A stretch of DNA of 64,000 bases from Octopus vulgaris. Lineage: Eukaryota. The stretch lies in contig OX597827.1 in the NCBI GenBank assembly GCA_951406725.2, positions 56,420,001 to 56,484,000 of the forward strand. The letters are read 5' to 3'. Positions within the stretch are counted from its first letter, which is position 1. Every line of letters begins with the position of its first letter. The notes under the pieces are model-generated. The model saw only the letters and a list, made by a program, of their open reading frames with translations. It was not told the DNA's origin and did no database searches. The position numbers and the translations under genes were made by a program. Shown here piece by piece: positions 24,072 through 37,157 of the stretch.

Positions 24072-26551
24072 GTAACATTTTCAAGGTGGTACTTATTTTA
24101 TTGATCCTGACGAGATGAAAGATATATTAACCACGGTGGAATTTGAACTCAGAATGTAAAGATGGATGAAATGCTGCTCAGCATTTTGCCCAGCGTGCTA
24201 ACAATTCTGCCAGCTTACAACCCTCACTAATTTAAATATTAAAGTACATTTTGATTGGGTTTTTTTTAATATATTAATATATTTAAATCTCAAAAGCAAA
24301 TCTTTCTAAAAAGCAAACAAACAAAATAAACACTTTCACTGCATCACTCATGGGATTGCCATTTCCAAAAAACAGGTCTCCACTGTAGATGTACAAAATG
24401 TGAAATAGAGCTTTATATATATATATAAGAGATAATGGTGTCATTGAGACCCAAAGGTGTCAGGTAACGCTGAATAAGTGCCATAGACAGACCATAGTTA
24501 AGTTCCAGATTCGGTAATATTGCAAATAAAGGGTTCAACGTTGGTTCTATGTCAGTGTGTGTATATAAGAATTTTTTGCGTAATAAGATAAAAAACCAAG
24601 GCTGTGTAGATAAATGCTCTAATATCTTATTACGCAAAAAATTATTTTATATATATATATATATATATATTATTTTATATATATATATATATATATTCTT
24701 TTATCCTTCTACTTGTTTCTATCATTTAACTGTGGCCATGCTGCAGCACCGCCTAGAAAAGTTTTAGTCAAACAAATCAACCCTAGGACTAATTTTTTAA
24801 AAAGCCTAGTACTTATTCTATTGGCCTGTTTTGCTGAACCACTAAGTTACAGGAATGTAAGCACACCAACACCAGTTGTCAAGCAGTGATGTAGGAACAA
24901 ACACAAACATGAAGACACACACATCATCACTTAAAGTCCATTGTTCATGCTGGCATGGGTTGGACGGTTTGACTGGGCTGGCACACTGGAAGGCTGTGCC
25001 AGGGCCCAGTCTGATTTGGCATGGTTTTCTATAGCTGGATGCCCTTCCTAACACCAACTACTCCAAGAGTGTAATGGCTGCTTTTATGTACCACCAGCAT
25101 GGATGCCATTTGCTTGACACCGGTGTGCTTTTACATGCCACCAGCACAGGCACCAATCTGCATGACACCAGTATCTACCATGACTGCGATTTTGCTTGGC
25201 TTGATGGCTCTTCTTCTCAAGCACCACATAATGCCAAAGGTCTCAGTCATTGTCTCCGTGAAGCCTACACATAGATATATATATATACATATATCTCTGA
25301 CGGGCTTCTTTCAGTTTCCGTCTACCAAATCCACTCGCAAGGCTTTGTTTATATAGTAGACGACACTAGCCCAAGGTGCTACGCTGTGGGATTGAACCCA
25401 GAAACACATGGTTGAGAAACAAAATTATTGAAAATGACGGTTAATTATAGTATTTTATATATAAATAAGGTACAAAATAGGGTACATAATAATCAGATAC
25501 AAACTTTCACATATTTCCCTTGTACATGCACACATATACTCAGAGTTGAAATACTGTTTACTTTTTCTTTTCAGCATTGAACGTTCACTGTCCCATTTCT
25601 ATTGTACACACACACCCAAACATTCACATACCTCCCTTTTACATACACACACATATACTCACATGGAGTTGAGACGCTGATTTTTTTTCACCCTTCCTTC
25701 AATATTCATCTATCACCCCTTTCTTTCTCATTCACATGTTGTGACTGAGAAAAAATAGAAGATACACGATGTGCTCTTTGCCACTTCCTTTCTCTCGTTG
25801 TAATTATGCTGGCTTTTTATAATTATTGATTTCTAACATTTTTTTTTTTAAATCTTGATATTTTTTACATAAGTTTTTACAATTATTATTGATTTTACAC
25901 ATACATACACACTCTCTGTCTCTGTCTAACTCTCTCTTTCTCACACATTATCTCTCACTTTCTCATACATACTATATCTCTCTCTCTCTCTTCCTCCCTC
26001 CTCTCTCTCACAAACACACACAAAATATATACATATGTATATTTACATCTTCAAAGGGATCCTTCTCTTTGAGGTGAATCCACATTTTGTAAGGTGTACA
26101 TTTTATAGTCTTAACACTCCATTCAAAATTTATAATATTTAGCTTTGATATATATTTTATAAAATTAATATTCAACAATTGAAAAGTTGGAAGTTTGAAG
26201 ATAAAAATAAAGAAAACTTTTCAAAGTTCAGAACTGACAGCTAAATAGACATAATCTCTGAAGGAGACAGCAGTTGCTTTTTTATTAGAAGACTTGGAAG
26301 AATAAAGAATAGAATCTATGTTTATATCATGTAATTATTGTGGTGGTTGTCCCAATAGAAGTCCAATGTCGGAATTTGATTGGAAGTGACAGAATAAACT
26401 CAATTTGGATTGATTTGAAACTTGAAACTTCTGGGAGAACTTGATCACAAGAACTGCCTGCCTTGAACAAATTTGGTTGATGAATTTTCATTCTATTCAG
26501 AATACATTTGCAAGCAGAAAGCAATGTTCCACTATAACCTACTTTTATATT

Positions 26552-26748
26552 CTTTTCTACTCTAGGCACAAGGCCTGAACTTTTTGGGGAGAGGGGCCAG
26601 TACGCAACTAGTACTTTTAATTTATTGACTCCAAAAGGATGAAAGGCAAAGTCGACCTCAGCGGAATTTGAACTCAGAATGTAAAGGCAGACGAAATACT
26701 GCTAAGCATCTCATCCGGCATGCTAACGTTTCTGCCAGCTTGCCACCT
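26552..26748 (-). mobile_element. SINE B with 17-bp TSD
   Basis: TSD TAACCTACTTTTATATT at 26535-26551 and 26749-26765. Confidence 0.9.
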
Positions 26749-26945
26749 TAACCTACTTTTATATTATCATCATATACATTCAGTTTCTCTACACAAGCAT
26801 GATGGGTTGAATGAATCTGTTATTACTGACACACAATAAGACAAAACTATGACATATCGTCTGCTAAGTATGAGTTTTTATTTGGAGTTGCTGCTCTAAA
26901 ACGCTTTAAAATAAACCAAATGAAAGACTGACAGAGATAACTCAC

Positions 26946-27072
26946 CTATACATTTGTTCATAAGAGATTGGGATGTACGTTCCTGGAGCAATGGTGAGGA
27001 GTTGATTGATTGCATCCATCAACTGAGGTAAATACTGAGTCTCATACTCTTCATCTGTTATTGTCATCATCA
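26946..27072 (-). CDS. CACUL1: CACUL1 coding exon 2 ([42 protein letters not shown])
   Basis: Acceptor TTTAG, donor GTGAGT; resembles [38 protein letters not shown]. Confidence 0.95.
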
Positions 27073-27519
27073 CTAAATCATCAAAAACAAAAACAAAATT
27101 GTTTATATACATACATAAATACATACAGAGCAATAGCGGAGGTAAGGGTGGGTGATGAGATAAAGCTAAGAGTAGGTGATATTGGCACTTGAGAGGGTCC
27201 AGAAGTAAGAGTGACAGCTGGTAGTATGCAAGGAAGAAGCTATTGCACTGAGTAGAAGAATGAGAGCAATCTAATACAGTCTCTTATACATGAGCCTAAG
27301 AAGGGCACAAGAGCAGCATGATGAGGAAGGGTGATGAGCATAAGTGATGAGAGATGAGATGCTATGAGTGAGAAGGGTGGGCAATAGGTAAAAGAGAAGA
27401 GTGAGTACAGGGTGCAAGGTAAGGTCGGTAGTAGATTCTAGTCATGGCAGGGTTCAAAAATATTTCAACCTCTAAACACTATCCTCATTGTAGGGTACAT
27501 TTTTACCATGAGTAATTAG

Positions 27520-28100
27520 GCCTTCTGCAGCACCATGTATCACCATTCACTTAAATCTTTTATCATCTCCTCCGTGAAATGCAGCATCTTCAGAACAGAT
27601 TTCCTAACTCTGTTTCAACTCTTCCTTGGTCTTCCTCTTCCACAGGATCTATATTCTCTCATAACTCAGTGTTTCTTCATACAGCAGTTGCCCTTCATAG
27701 TTATTACATGCCCAAACTAGTGTGGCCTTCTGTCTTGCATATTACACCTGTTTCCTCTTATACTCAGTTTCTCTCTCAGCTCATACCCACTTTGGTGTTC
27801 ATGCACACTAACATTACACATCCAATGCAGCATGTTCACTTCGTTTCTTTCTAGCCTTCACAGGCCTTCTGCATTTAAGGTTCATGTCTCACTATCCTTC
27901 AACATTGCAGATCTAACAAAGCATAAAACATTCTGCCATTTTCTCTGAATGAGAAGAGCTTGTTGCCAGTAAAGGTAGAAGTTCCCTGACATTTTCCAAC
28001 CTATTCTTATCCAGACTTCTTTATTTTTTTAACACTCATCTTCCCACTAATTATGTCATTTCAGTAACAAAAGTTATCAACTGCTTCTAGGGAGCCAGCT
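27520..28100 (-). mobile_element. Heavily decayed RTE LINE C-terminal fragment
   Basis: Colinear similarity to 337-860 (e.g. CTTCCTCTTCCACAGG, CAAAAGTTATCAACTGCTTCTAG). Confidence 0.7.
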
Positions 28101-28150
28101 TGGAATAAGGGCATCTCTCTCTCTCTTTCTTCCCCATTTCTCCCCCACCC

Positions 28151-28195
<45 letters not shown>

Positions 28196-28479
28196 CATAT
28201 ATACATATTTGTTTTCATGTTCAGTTATAATAAAAATTTTACATTAATCTGATGGGTTACTCTATACTTTTGTAGAATATAAATTTATTATTCTTAAACA
28301 AGAATATTATTGACACACACACACACACACACAACAGGCTCCTTTCTGTTTCTGTCTACCAAATCCATTGACGAGGCTTTGGTTGACTTGCCCAAGATGC
28401 AAAGCAGTAGGATTATGGTCTTGGGTTCAGTCCCACTGTCTGGCACTTTGGGCAAGAAACAAAAAGAAGCTTGATCTCT

Positions 28480-28525
28480 GTGTATACACACACATACACA
28501 CACACACATATATATATATACACTC

Positions 28526-28562
<37 letters not shown>

Positions 28563-28660
28563 CATATACACATGTGTGTGTGTGTGTGTGTATGTATATA
28601 TAGATATGTATATACACATATGTGTGTATGTATGCATGTGTGAGCGTGTTTGCGTGTAAC
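28480..28660. repeat. Compound (CA)n/(TA)n/(TG)n alternating purine-pyrimidine tract
   Basis: Direct reading. Confidence 0.9.
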
Positions 28661-29912
28661 TTTGTCTAGACATCATGTGGTTGCAAAAGAGCATCATCAC
28701 CATCATACAAGCAAGGTCGTTTATTTTCAGTCTTCTATGAAAAACATGTTTCCCTATGGGAAAAATATTATCTTGCTTGAAAACAAATGGGGGGTGGCAA
28801 GAGGAAGACCTTCTAGTGATAGAAAAATCTGCCTTAATAAATTCCATCTGACCTATGCAAATATGAAAAAGTGGACTTTAAATGACAATATATGTATATG
28901 ATGATAATGATGATGATGAGAAGATGATGACGAGGCACATGTGTTAATGTCTGACTATAACACTGGATTATTGACTTTGTATATGACATTAAGAACTCAA
29001 TAACAATAGCTTTTTGATTTTATTGCATGTTCTGAGCTTAACAATAAAACAGCAATACAGTCTTTGTTTTTAGATTAAACAGATGCAATATCTCTGCATG
29101 TTACAGGAGATGGCTAAAAAGCTGGTATAAGGAAGAGAATCCAGTTGTGAAACACTACCTCAAAAAGTATAATGAAACTCATGTTAGAATGGTAAAGCAG
29201 ACAGAAAAAAACCCAAAAAACAAAAGATGAAAACTTTACGTGAATTAAAATATAAAAATTTAATAACATATACATGTGGTTTTACTGAAGTGACTACTGG
29301 ATATTGGGACTAAAGCTAAACTATTCTAATAAAAAATGGATATGGAGACCACACTTGTTTTCTTGGATGGTACTGCTTAGCATTTAAACCTACCATATCT
29401 AGCCCAAATATTTAACCTTATTTTGTGTTCAAAATGACCAGCTCTAGCCTCTTGCACCTATCCTACAATGTCACTCTAAAAATAAATAATCATTAAAATC
29501 TTGAAGCTATGAGATGATGTATGATTAATTTAAAACAATGTGAATAAATAAGTATTACATTTGATAGAGTAATCTGAATGCTAAAGGGTTAAGATAAGCC
29601 ATGGAATAAAAAAAAAACTGGACATTACTTAAACTAAAAAAGATAAATAAAACTAAAACAGTTGTGTCAAAAGCAGCTATGAAGTTCAGAGTGACTTTTG
29701 TTGAACTTGACTCTAATGAAATCTACAGTGTAAGTGTGTAAGTGGACTAATGCCTACAAGTGTACATTATTATAAGTTTACTTAGTTCCTACCTCATCAC
29801 AACTTCAGCAAGTGTGGTGAAGTATGATTTGTTGAGGAGGCTATAATAAATCAGAAACTTACTTAGAGTTGTCTCCCATATTTACCAAAAGACTCAAAAT
29901 TAAATTAGTCAA

Positions 29913-30073
29913 CTAGCATGGCTTTGCGGTGTGACTGGTGAAATGTAAAGATGTGCACAACCACCCTTAGATGGTTTTGAATGACCACAGAAAGTGTGAG
30001 CCCTCTAACTAAAAAATGTGGATTTGTATAAAGGACACACACACAGACATTTTGCCGTTTATATATATAGAGA
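29913..30073 (-). mobile_element. Internally deleted Helitron-like element
   Basis: CTAG at the left end and CACAGACA...TTTATATATATAGAGA at the right end, like 1701-2073. Confidence 0.5.
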
Positions 30074-31214
30074 TGATGATATTGTTTTGCTCTTTGCCAC
30101 ATACTTTTTTCCCCACCAAGTTATCTCTTTTGATTCTTCCTGCATTAGTCCTTTTGCAACCATATTTCTAATGAATAACACTGTATATGTGTTTCTATTA
30201 ATTTTGGAAATAATAACAATTTGGACATACTTAATGAACCAACTAACTTGTTCATTAATAAGACAATGCTAAGGGTAATGGTACATGTGCATATAAAATA
30301 CCCAGTCACTTCACATACCAATTCACAGAATAGACTGTTTAGTTGATCAAACAACTGAATGCTCATAACTATAACTTGACAAGTGAATCCTTCATCATAT
30401 CTAAATAAAGACTGCATTACCGTGGCTAGAATATTTTTTCTTGTTAATTGAGAAATGCACAAATAATTGAAATGAAGTAATGAATGCTTACTGTTATTAA
30501 ATCAAATATATTAGTTATCCATTAATTAAATATTCTCAATGTCTTTTCCATATGATTTATTGTTTTGCCTTTTGTTTATGTATAAAACTAAATCCAAATA
30601 TCATAAGTATTATTTAATTATTTGCTTATGAGTTCAAAAGAAAGTTACACTAAACACTAGCAATTTAGGTCAACACAATAGAAATAACAGGTTACAGAAA
30701 TTTGTAAATGTGCCAACTAACCTTCAATAAAAAGATTGAGTGTTAGTTTTTCTAAATATTTTTACCCTTGTAATGTATTTCTTAAATTAAGAAAACAGAA
30801 TAATATTGTACAGTCAAGTATAAAACAAATCATACAAATGACTAAACTCTTAGTAATATAAATATATATATACATAAATTTTTATATAAATAAGGATAAG
30901 ACCGTTATTTAAAATAACAATCATATCAAATGGCCAGCATGAAAGAAAAACCTTGTAGGCAATAATTATTATTAAAATTATAATTGAGAGTATCTAAGAG
31001 ATATCACCATGCTAGAGATGGCAGTCAAGCCTGAGTCTAAAACCACATCAAGTATTCATACAGCACAAGGTGAAAAGACAAATAAACAAGCAAATTACTG
31101 GATAATCCCAGAGCCAGAAACCCGGGTGTGTATAAAAAATATATTTTGCCTCCTCAGTAAGATACAACAAAATATAGTATATATATATATATATATATAT
31201 ATATACTATATATC

Positions 31215-31398
31215 AGCATTCGCCATGATAGATCGCTAGCCACAACATATTCTTTATTTTCTCTCTGTGTTCCTTTCTGTGGAAGAGCATAGGCTTGAAA
31301 CATTAAAGACTGTTTCATTTCTCGAGCGTTAAACTAATACATCTGTTTGTTGTCTACACCACCTGTCTTCGTCTTTTGTTTTTTTTTGTGAATTCTCC

Positions 31399-31401
<3 letters not shown>
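31215..31401 (+). mobile_element. Penelope-type short element with decayed hammerhead-like motif, flanked by (TA)n
   Basis: CTTT-CTGTGGA-A-GAGC-ATAG-GCTT-GAAA-CATT-AAAG at 31273-31308. A more decayed relative is at ~1170-1290. Confidence 0.55.
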
Positions 31402-31436
<35 letters not shown>

Positions 31437-31749
31437 CTGCAGGTATTAGGGTAAGATGTGAAGTTTTAGTTAAGTGACACAGGCCAACAAAAGAGCTTCA
31501 ATATGGTTGTTTGATTTGCTAGAATCAAAAGCCAAATCTCTCTTCAATCATATCCTACTATTCTCCAAAAAGAATGTACATCTGTTAATGTGGTCCAAGA
31601 CGTATGCAAAGAGAGGATGGTCAAAGTTGGAACAATTTTGATCAGAGATTTGCTTAATCTGTAAAAACAACTTTTGCAACATTATCCTAATGGTTTGAAT
31701 TTAGGATTCAAGCCAGTTGCAAACTAAACACATTGAAAGCAAACCACTA

Positions 31750-32290
31750 CCATTACTCCTTTATATTACTGAACCTAGAGGGGTGAAAGGCAATGGGACC
31801 TTAGTGGGATTTGAACACAGAATGTAAAGAAATAAAAACTGCAAAACATTTTGTCTCACACTTTGGTGATTCTGATTACAAATTAGAGGTGAAGAGCTAG
31901 TCAATTAAAACCAACACCAGTACTGACTGGTACTTTTATTTTATTAACTCCTCCTGGGGTGAATAAAAACCCAGTGGGATTTGAACTCAGAATGTAAGCA
32001 TAACTAAATACAGCAAGGTATTTTATTCTGTCATCTGGTTCTCTAATTCTGCCAATTAATTGCTCTAATAATTTGTTTCTGATTTAGGCACAAGGCCAGC
32101 AATATTGAGGTGAGGAGGTAAGTCAATAACATCGAACCCAGTACTTGACAAGTGGTGCTCTTATTTTATCATATCCCTGACAGGTGAAAGACAAAACTAA
32201 CCCCAGCAGAATTTGAATTCAAATAGAGAAAAGCTAGAACAAATACCACAAGGCATCGACAATGTTCTAGCACTTCTGATAATCTGCCAT
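31750..32290 (-). mobile_element. About three decayed tandem SINE B copies
   Basis: Repeated GGGATTTGAACTCAGAATGTAA and CCAGTACT..ACTGGTACT motifs. Confidence 0.7.
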
Positions 32291-32708
32291 TTGTTTATAT
32301 GTAAAATTAACGGAGCGATTTCATCACAACTGAAGTACAGCTAAAAATAGTCAAATTTCAATCAAATTACATTCCAAAGTTTTAAAACAGAAACGACACA
32401 TTGTATAATGTAATCCTTGATCAGGAGTTCTCAATTAACGCACTATAAGAGGTACCGAAGTGCATTACCAATTTTTAAAAATATGATTTAATCCTTTCAT
32501 TACCGCAGTCCTGCTTAGATACACTGCCTTTATTTCAATTAATTTTGAAAAGAATGAAGAATTTAGTAAAGTAATATTGTCAGTATTTGTTATGTTTTGG
32601 GGTAGTCATTTGTTTGGGTTTTTTTTTGCCAAATAAACACAGACACTATGTATATCCAAAAAGAAAAAAAAACAACCATCCTGAAATATAACAATATCTG
32701 TTTCAATA

Positions 32709-32990
32709 CCGTAAATCCTCGAGTATAATCCGCATTTTTTCCCCAAAATTTAAAGATCAAAATCCCTGTGCGTACTATATACGAGGTTAAAATGAAAATT
32801 ACTTTCTAAGCAATGTCCGAGTCTCTATTTGCTGTCCGGCAATGTTTATTCAGAGGCATTTTGTGATGTCGGGAGCGAAAATACCTTAAATCATCCACAA
32901 CTTGCAGTTAACAACATTTATTAAACGTTATTACTGTTATTTCTTTATTTTCTGAAAACAAAATGCACAAAAAATGTTGAAGAGTATACA
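32709..32990. mobile_element. Tc2/pogo-like DNA transposon terminal fragment
   Basis: Begins TA|CCGTAAATCCTCGAGTATAA, CpG-rich; second TIR not seen. Confidence 0.45.
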
Positions 32991-33582
32991 GATAATTTTT
33001 TTCTTCCACACACATACATAGAAACATAAAGAAAAAAAAAAACTATATATATATTCTCCAGCAGGGAAAAACTAAGGCTACATTGAACAAACCCTTTTGC
33101 TGTCAGCCCACTTGAGAGTGCCTCTGGTTCTTTAACACCAAACCTGTCCTGTATTCCTGGCCAGTGCCAGTGATACATAAAAGGCACCCATACTAGTGAC
33201 ATGTAAGAGGCATTAGAAAGGGCATCCAGCCATAGAAACTGAGCCAAAACAGACAAGAGCCTGGTGCAGCTCTCCAGCTTACCAGTTCAAGTCAAACCAT
33301 CTAACCCATGCCAGCATGGAAAATAGATGCTAAATAATGATGATGATGATGATTCATATTGTGTAAAAGAATTTTATGTCCCAAACACTCCATCGGCAGT
33401 TCTGAAACTGAGAAATACAAGGCTCCACCAAAATATATTATCATTTTTCTTACTAGTTTTTTTCTGAGATTGTACTTTGTTCAATAATACAAGCTTCCTG
33501 TTTACAGTAATCTAGATTTTAAAAAACGTTTTCCATCAAAATTCCATGTTAATTTATGTTCCAAACACTTAGCCCAATAAAC

Positions 33583-33969
33583 TTTTACTTGTTTCAGTCA
33601 ACAGATTGTGGCCATGTTGGGACACCACCTCAAAGAAGTTTAGTTGAACAAATTAAACCCAGTATTTTTTATTTTGAAGCCTGGTATTTATTCTATTGGT
33701 CTCTATTGCCAGACTGCTAAGTTAAAGGAACATCAACACACTAACACTGGTTGTCAAGCAGTGGGCAGTACAAACACAAACACAAAGACACACACACACA
33801 CACGTGATGGTCTTCTTTCAGTTTCTTTCTACCAAATCCACTTAGAAGGCTGTGCTCAGCCTGAGGTTATAGCAGAAGACACTTGCCTGAGGTGTCTCGC
33901 AGTGGATCTGAACCTGGAACCATGTGGTTGGGAAGCAGACTTCATACCACACAGCCATGCCTATGCCTA
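33583..33969 (-). mobile_element. SINE A (older, full length)
   Basis: Reverse complement of the family A consensus. Confidence 0.85.
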
Positions 33970-36803
33970 TAATGACAAAGTTATTTTGCTAAATTCTTCA
34001 TTATTTACAAAATTAATAGAAACAAAGGAGTTATATTTCAACAGAAATATGGTCACAAAAAGGTTAATTAAATGTTTTACCCTGCCCTGCATTCTATACT
34101 ATTAATGAGAAAACAAAACAGAGCAAGTGTCAGTGTAATTCTTCTTTCTTAAATTATATTAAACATGGTATATTATCTGCCCTCCTTTCAATCCTTACAG
34201 CTCTATCTCTATATGAAACACATAGGCAGTGTGGGGTTACAAAGGAACCCCTACCCTTACAAGAAACAGCTGGTGTAGAATTACAAAGGAGTTAAGTACC
34301 TTACTTTGAGACATAAAAAAATGCCTGGTGTGAATATGAATCTTCAAATGGTAGTCTTTTTTACCATTCCTTCTTAGTTACACGTATTTTACAGTGTTGG
34401 AAATAATATTGTAAAAAAAGATGTTTAAGAACTTTACACATTTACAACTAAGTTTTTTAAATTTTATTTATTAATATCTATTTATTTTATGATGATAAGG
34501 AAGACAAATATTTCCACTTATATGAATGCAAGTATTTTTTTGTTCACGTACATTCCTCACTGATCTGGACTTCTTATGAGTCAAGAGAATATTGTTTAAT
34601 GTTTGCTAGAAACGGTTATTTAATCTCCTTCCAAACTTGGCAAGTGCTAGTTGTTAGTTTTATTTATTTTTAATTATTCAGACATGTCAGAATTAATAAG
34701 ATAAACAATATTTCTAGACTACATCAATCTTTAAACATTTGATTATAAGACACACACACACACATGTTTTCGCTAACCATTCTTTAAACTTCTTCAGGTA
34801 AATGAAATCAAGTTTGCAAGTTGAATATCTTTTTAAAGGTATTAGAGATGGATGTGACATTAGAAAGACACATTGTCTATTTTATAGTTCAGTAAATGCA
34901 CTGCTCTGAGTTCAAATGCTGCTGTAGTTTGCAAGCTGAATAATGCTTTGGTAACATACTACACCCCAATAGATCATAAGTAAAATGGTACAAAAATACT
35001 GAAATTAAAATACTATGTAAATTTGTGAGGAATGCCTCAACCTAAACAGTTTCTCTGAACTATAATACAGCTGAATATGACTACAAATATCAGAGATCAT
35101 CTTCACTCCAGCCACTAACAGACTTTTTGAACATACAAGAAAACAATCACATCATATTTTGACTTTCAGGCTGCATGCAACACAACCAATGGTAAAATTT
35201 ATAGCCTAATTCCAGCTCAGAAGAGGCCTGATAAAATTGGGCAGAGGCATGATATAAAGGCTGACTTTAAGTGTTCAGTTAATTAACTCTGTAATGCATA
35301 TCTGGTTAAGGCGTACGGCTTAGTGGTTAGAAGTATTCAGTTCACAATCCTATGATTTCTGGTGGCATGTTGTCTTCTTGAGCAGAACACTTTACTTTAC
35401 ATCACTCTAGTACACTCAGCTGGGAAACATAAGCAGTACCTGTCTTTCAAAGGGTTAGCCTTGTCACATTCTGTGTTACACTGAGTCTCCCTGAGAACTA
35501 CGTTAAGGGTACACATGTCTGTGGAGTGCTCAGCCACTTGCACATTAATTTCACGAGCAGGCTGTTCCATTAATAGAATTAACTGGAATTCACATTGTTG
35601 TAACCAACAGTGTACCAATTTATAAAAAAAATACACATCTGTACAAGAAGATCTGACTGAGATTATTGAATAGGAATAACCATAACATACATCCATGCAA
35701 AGAAAATAAAGAGCTCCCATCACACACACACACTTTTCTATACACAAGAATATACTTGCTCGTGCATGCAAACACAAACATAAGCAGGCATAAACACCTA
35801 TAAAAACAAATGAGCTTCTGTGCAGTTACTTGACTTGTAACCAAATCTCCAACAAATTATACTGTGCCTGTACCACCTTAAAAAGAGAACAAAGGAAAAT
35901 GATGTCCTTGGAATAGACAAGAGAATGGTTGTGGCTGGAATGTCTTGGATCATATGACTATTCTATCAAAACTGACCTGGGGTCTAAACAACAACAACAA
36001 CAATAGGGATTACTCAGAGATATAGAGATGTGTAACTAAACTACAGTATTTGATCAAGAATTCCAACTTAATTTCTTTAATGGTCTCAATTTGTATCTGG
36101 GGAATTCAATTATGACTTTTATTTATTCTTTAACACCACAAGTTGTATTTGACAGTAACAAAGATTTAATTTTCATACGTTTTGATTATCACATCTATTT
36201 GTCTTCAAAAACAGATCTTTTATCTTTTACTTGTTTCAGTCATTTGACTGTGGCCATACTGGGGTGCCTTCAAGAATTTTAGTCAAATAAATTGACCCCA
36301 GGACTTATATTTTTAAAGCCTAGCACTTCTTCTATTGGTTTCTTTTGCTGAACTGCTAACTTACAGGGATGTAAACACACCAACACCGGTTGTCAAATGG
36401 TAGTAGGGGGACAAACACAGACACAAAGGCACACATACATACATATATCTCTTATATAAAATCCGTTCTGTCTGTGTGTGTGTGTGTGGCCTTTAGGATC
36501 TGTGATAAGTTCTAACTAAAGATCATCTTTTTCTCCCTTCACTTATTCTCCATCTTCCATATGATTTAACATTTTCATAATTTCATCTTTTTAACTCTTT
36601 CACTGCAAAATTAAATTGATGGTCATTCTGGTAATGATGTTAAATATCTACCAAAAATAGATTTGGTATTTTCTGCAAGTCACATTGCTTCAGTAAACGT
36701 GACACATCTCAGCAGTAAAATAGTTTCAACAAAATATAGATTGGTATATAAATTGCAGTCCACAGTTGAGGGCAATGACATTTTGATTGGATGTATCTGC
36801 TTT

Positions 36804-37157
36804 CTGCAGGACAATGCTCCAGCACACAAGTCCTTGGTTTCAATTACTGTGGCTTTGAACTGATTGATCACCCTCCCTATTGTACTGATTTGGTCCCATC
36901 TGACTATCATCTGTTCCCCAAGATGAAAAAACACTTGGCTGGGAACTGATATTGCAGTGATGATGATTTCATATCAGCTGCTGATGACTTTTTTGACCAA
37001 CAGGATAAAAGCTTCTTCACCAATGGGATCCAAACACTGCAACACTGATGGAAGAAGTGTGTGGACAGCAAAGGAGACTATGTTGAAAAATAAAACTCAT
37101 TTGGTCACATTCCATGAGAGTATCTTGGTCGACCTATGAACTTTTCAGCTGACCCTT
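36804..37157 (+). mobile_element. Mariner transposase pseudogene 3' fragment with right TIR
   Basis: QDNAPAHKS...LIDHPPYCTDLVPSDYHLFPKMKKHLAG...WKKCVDSKGDYVEK* (mariner HPPYSPDLAPSDY motif), with frameshift and stops. Confidence 0.9.

Noticed and set aside
33644-34105. Recurring ORF family (…YQIHSQG…EDTC…PCGWEA…; RLPNPL…RHLPKVP…), also at 1001, 22685, 40378 and 54599
   Set aside because: Chance translations of SINE A copies, not a gene family.
36804-37157. Functional or domesticated mariner transposase
   Set aside because: Only the C-terminal fragment remains, with a deletion/frameshift and in-frame stops.
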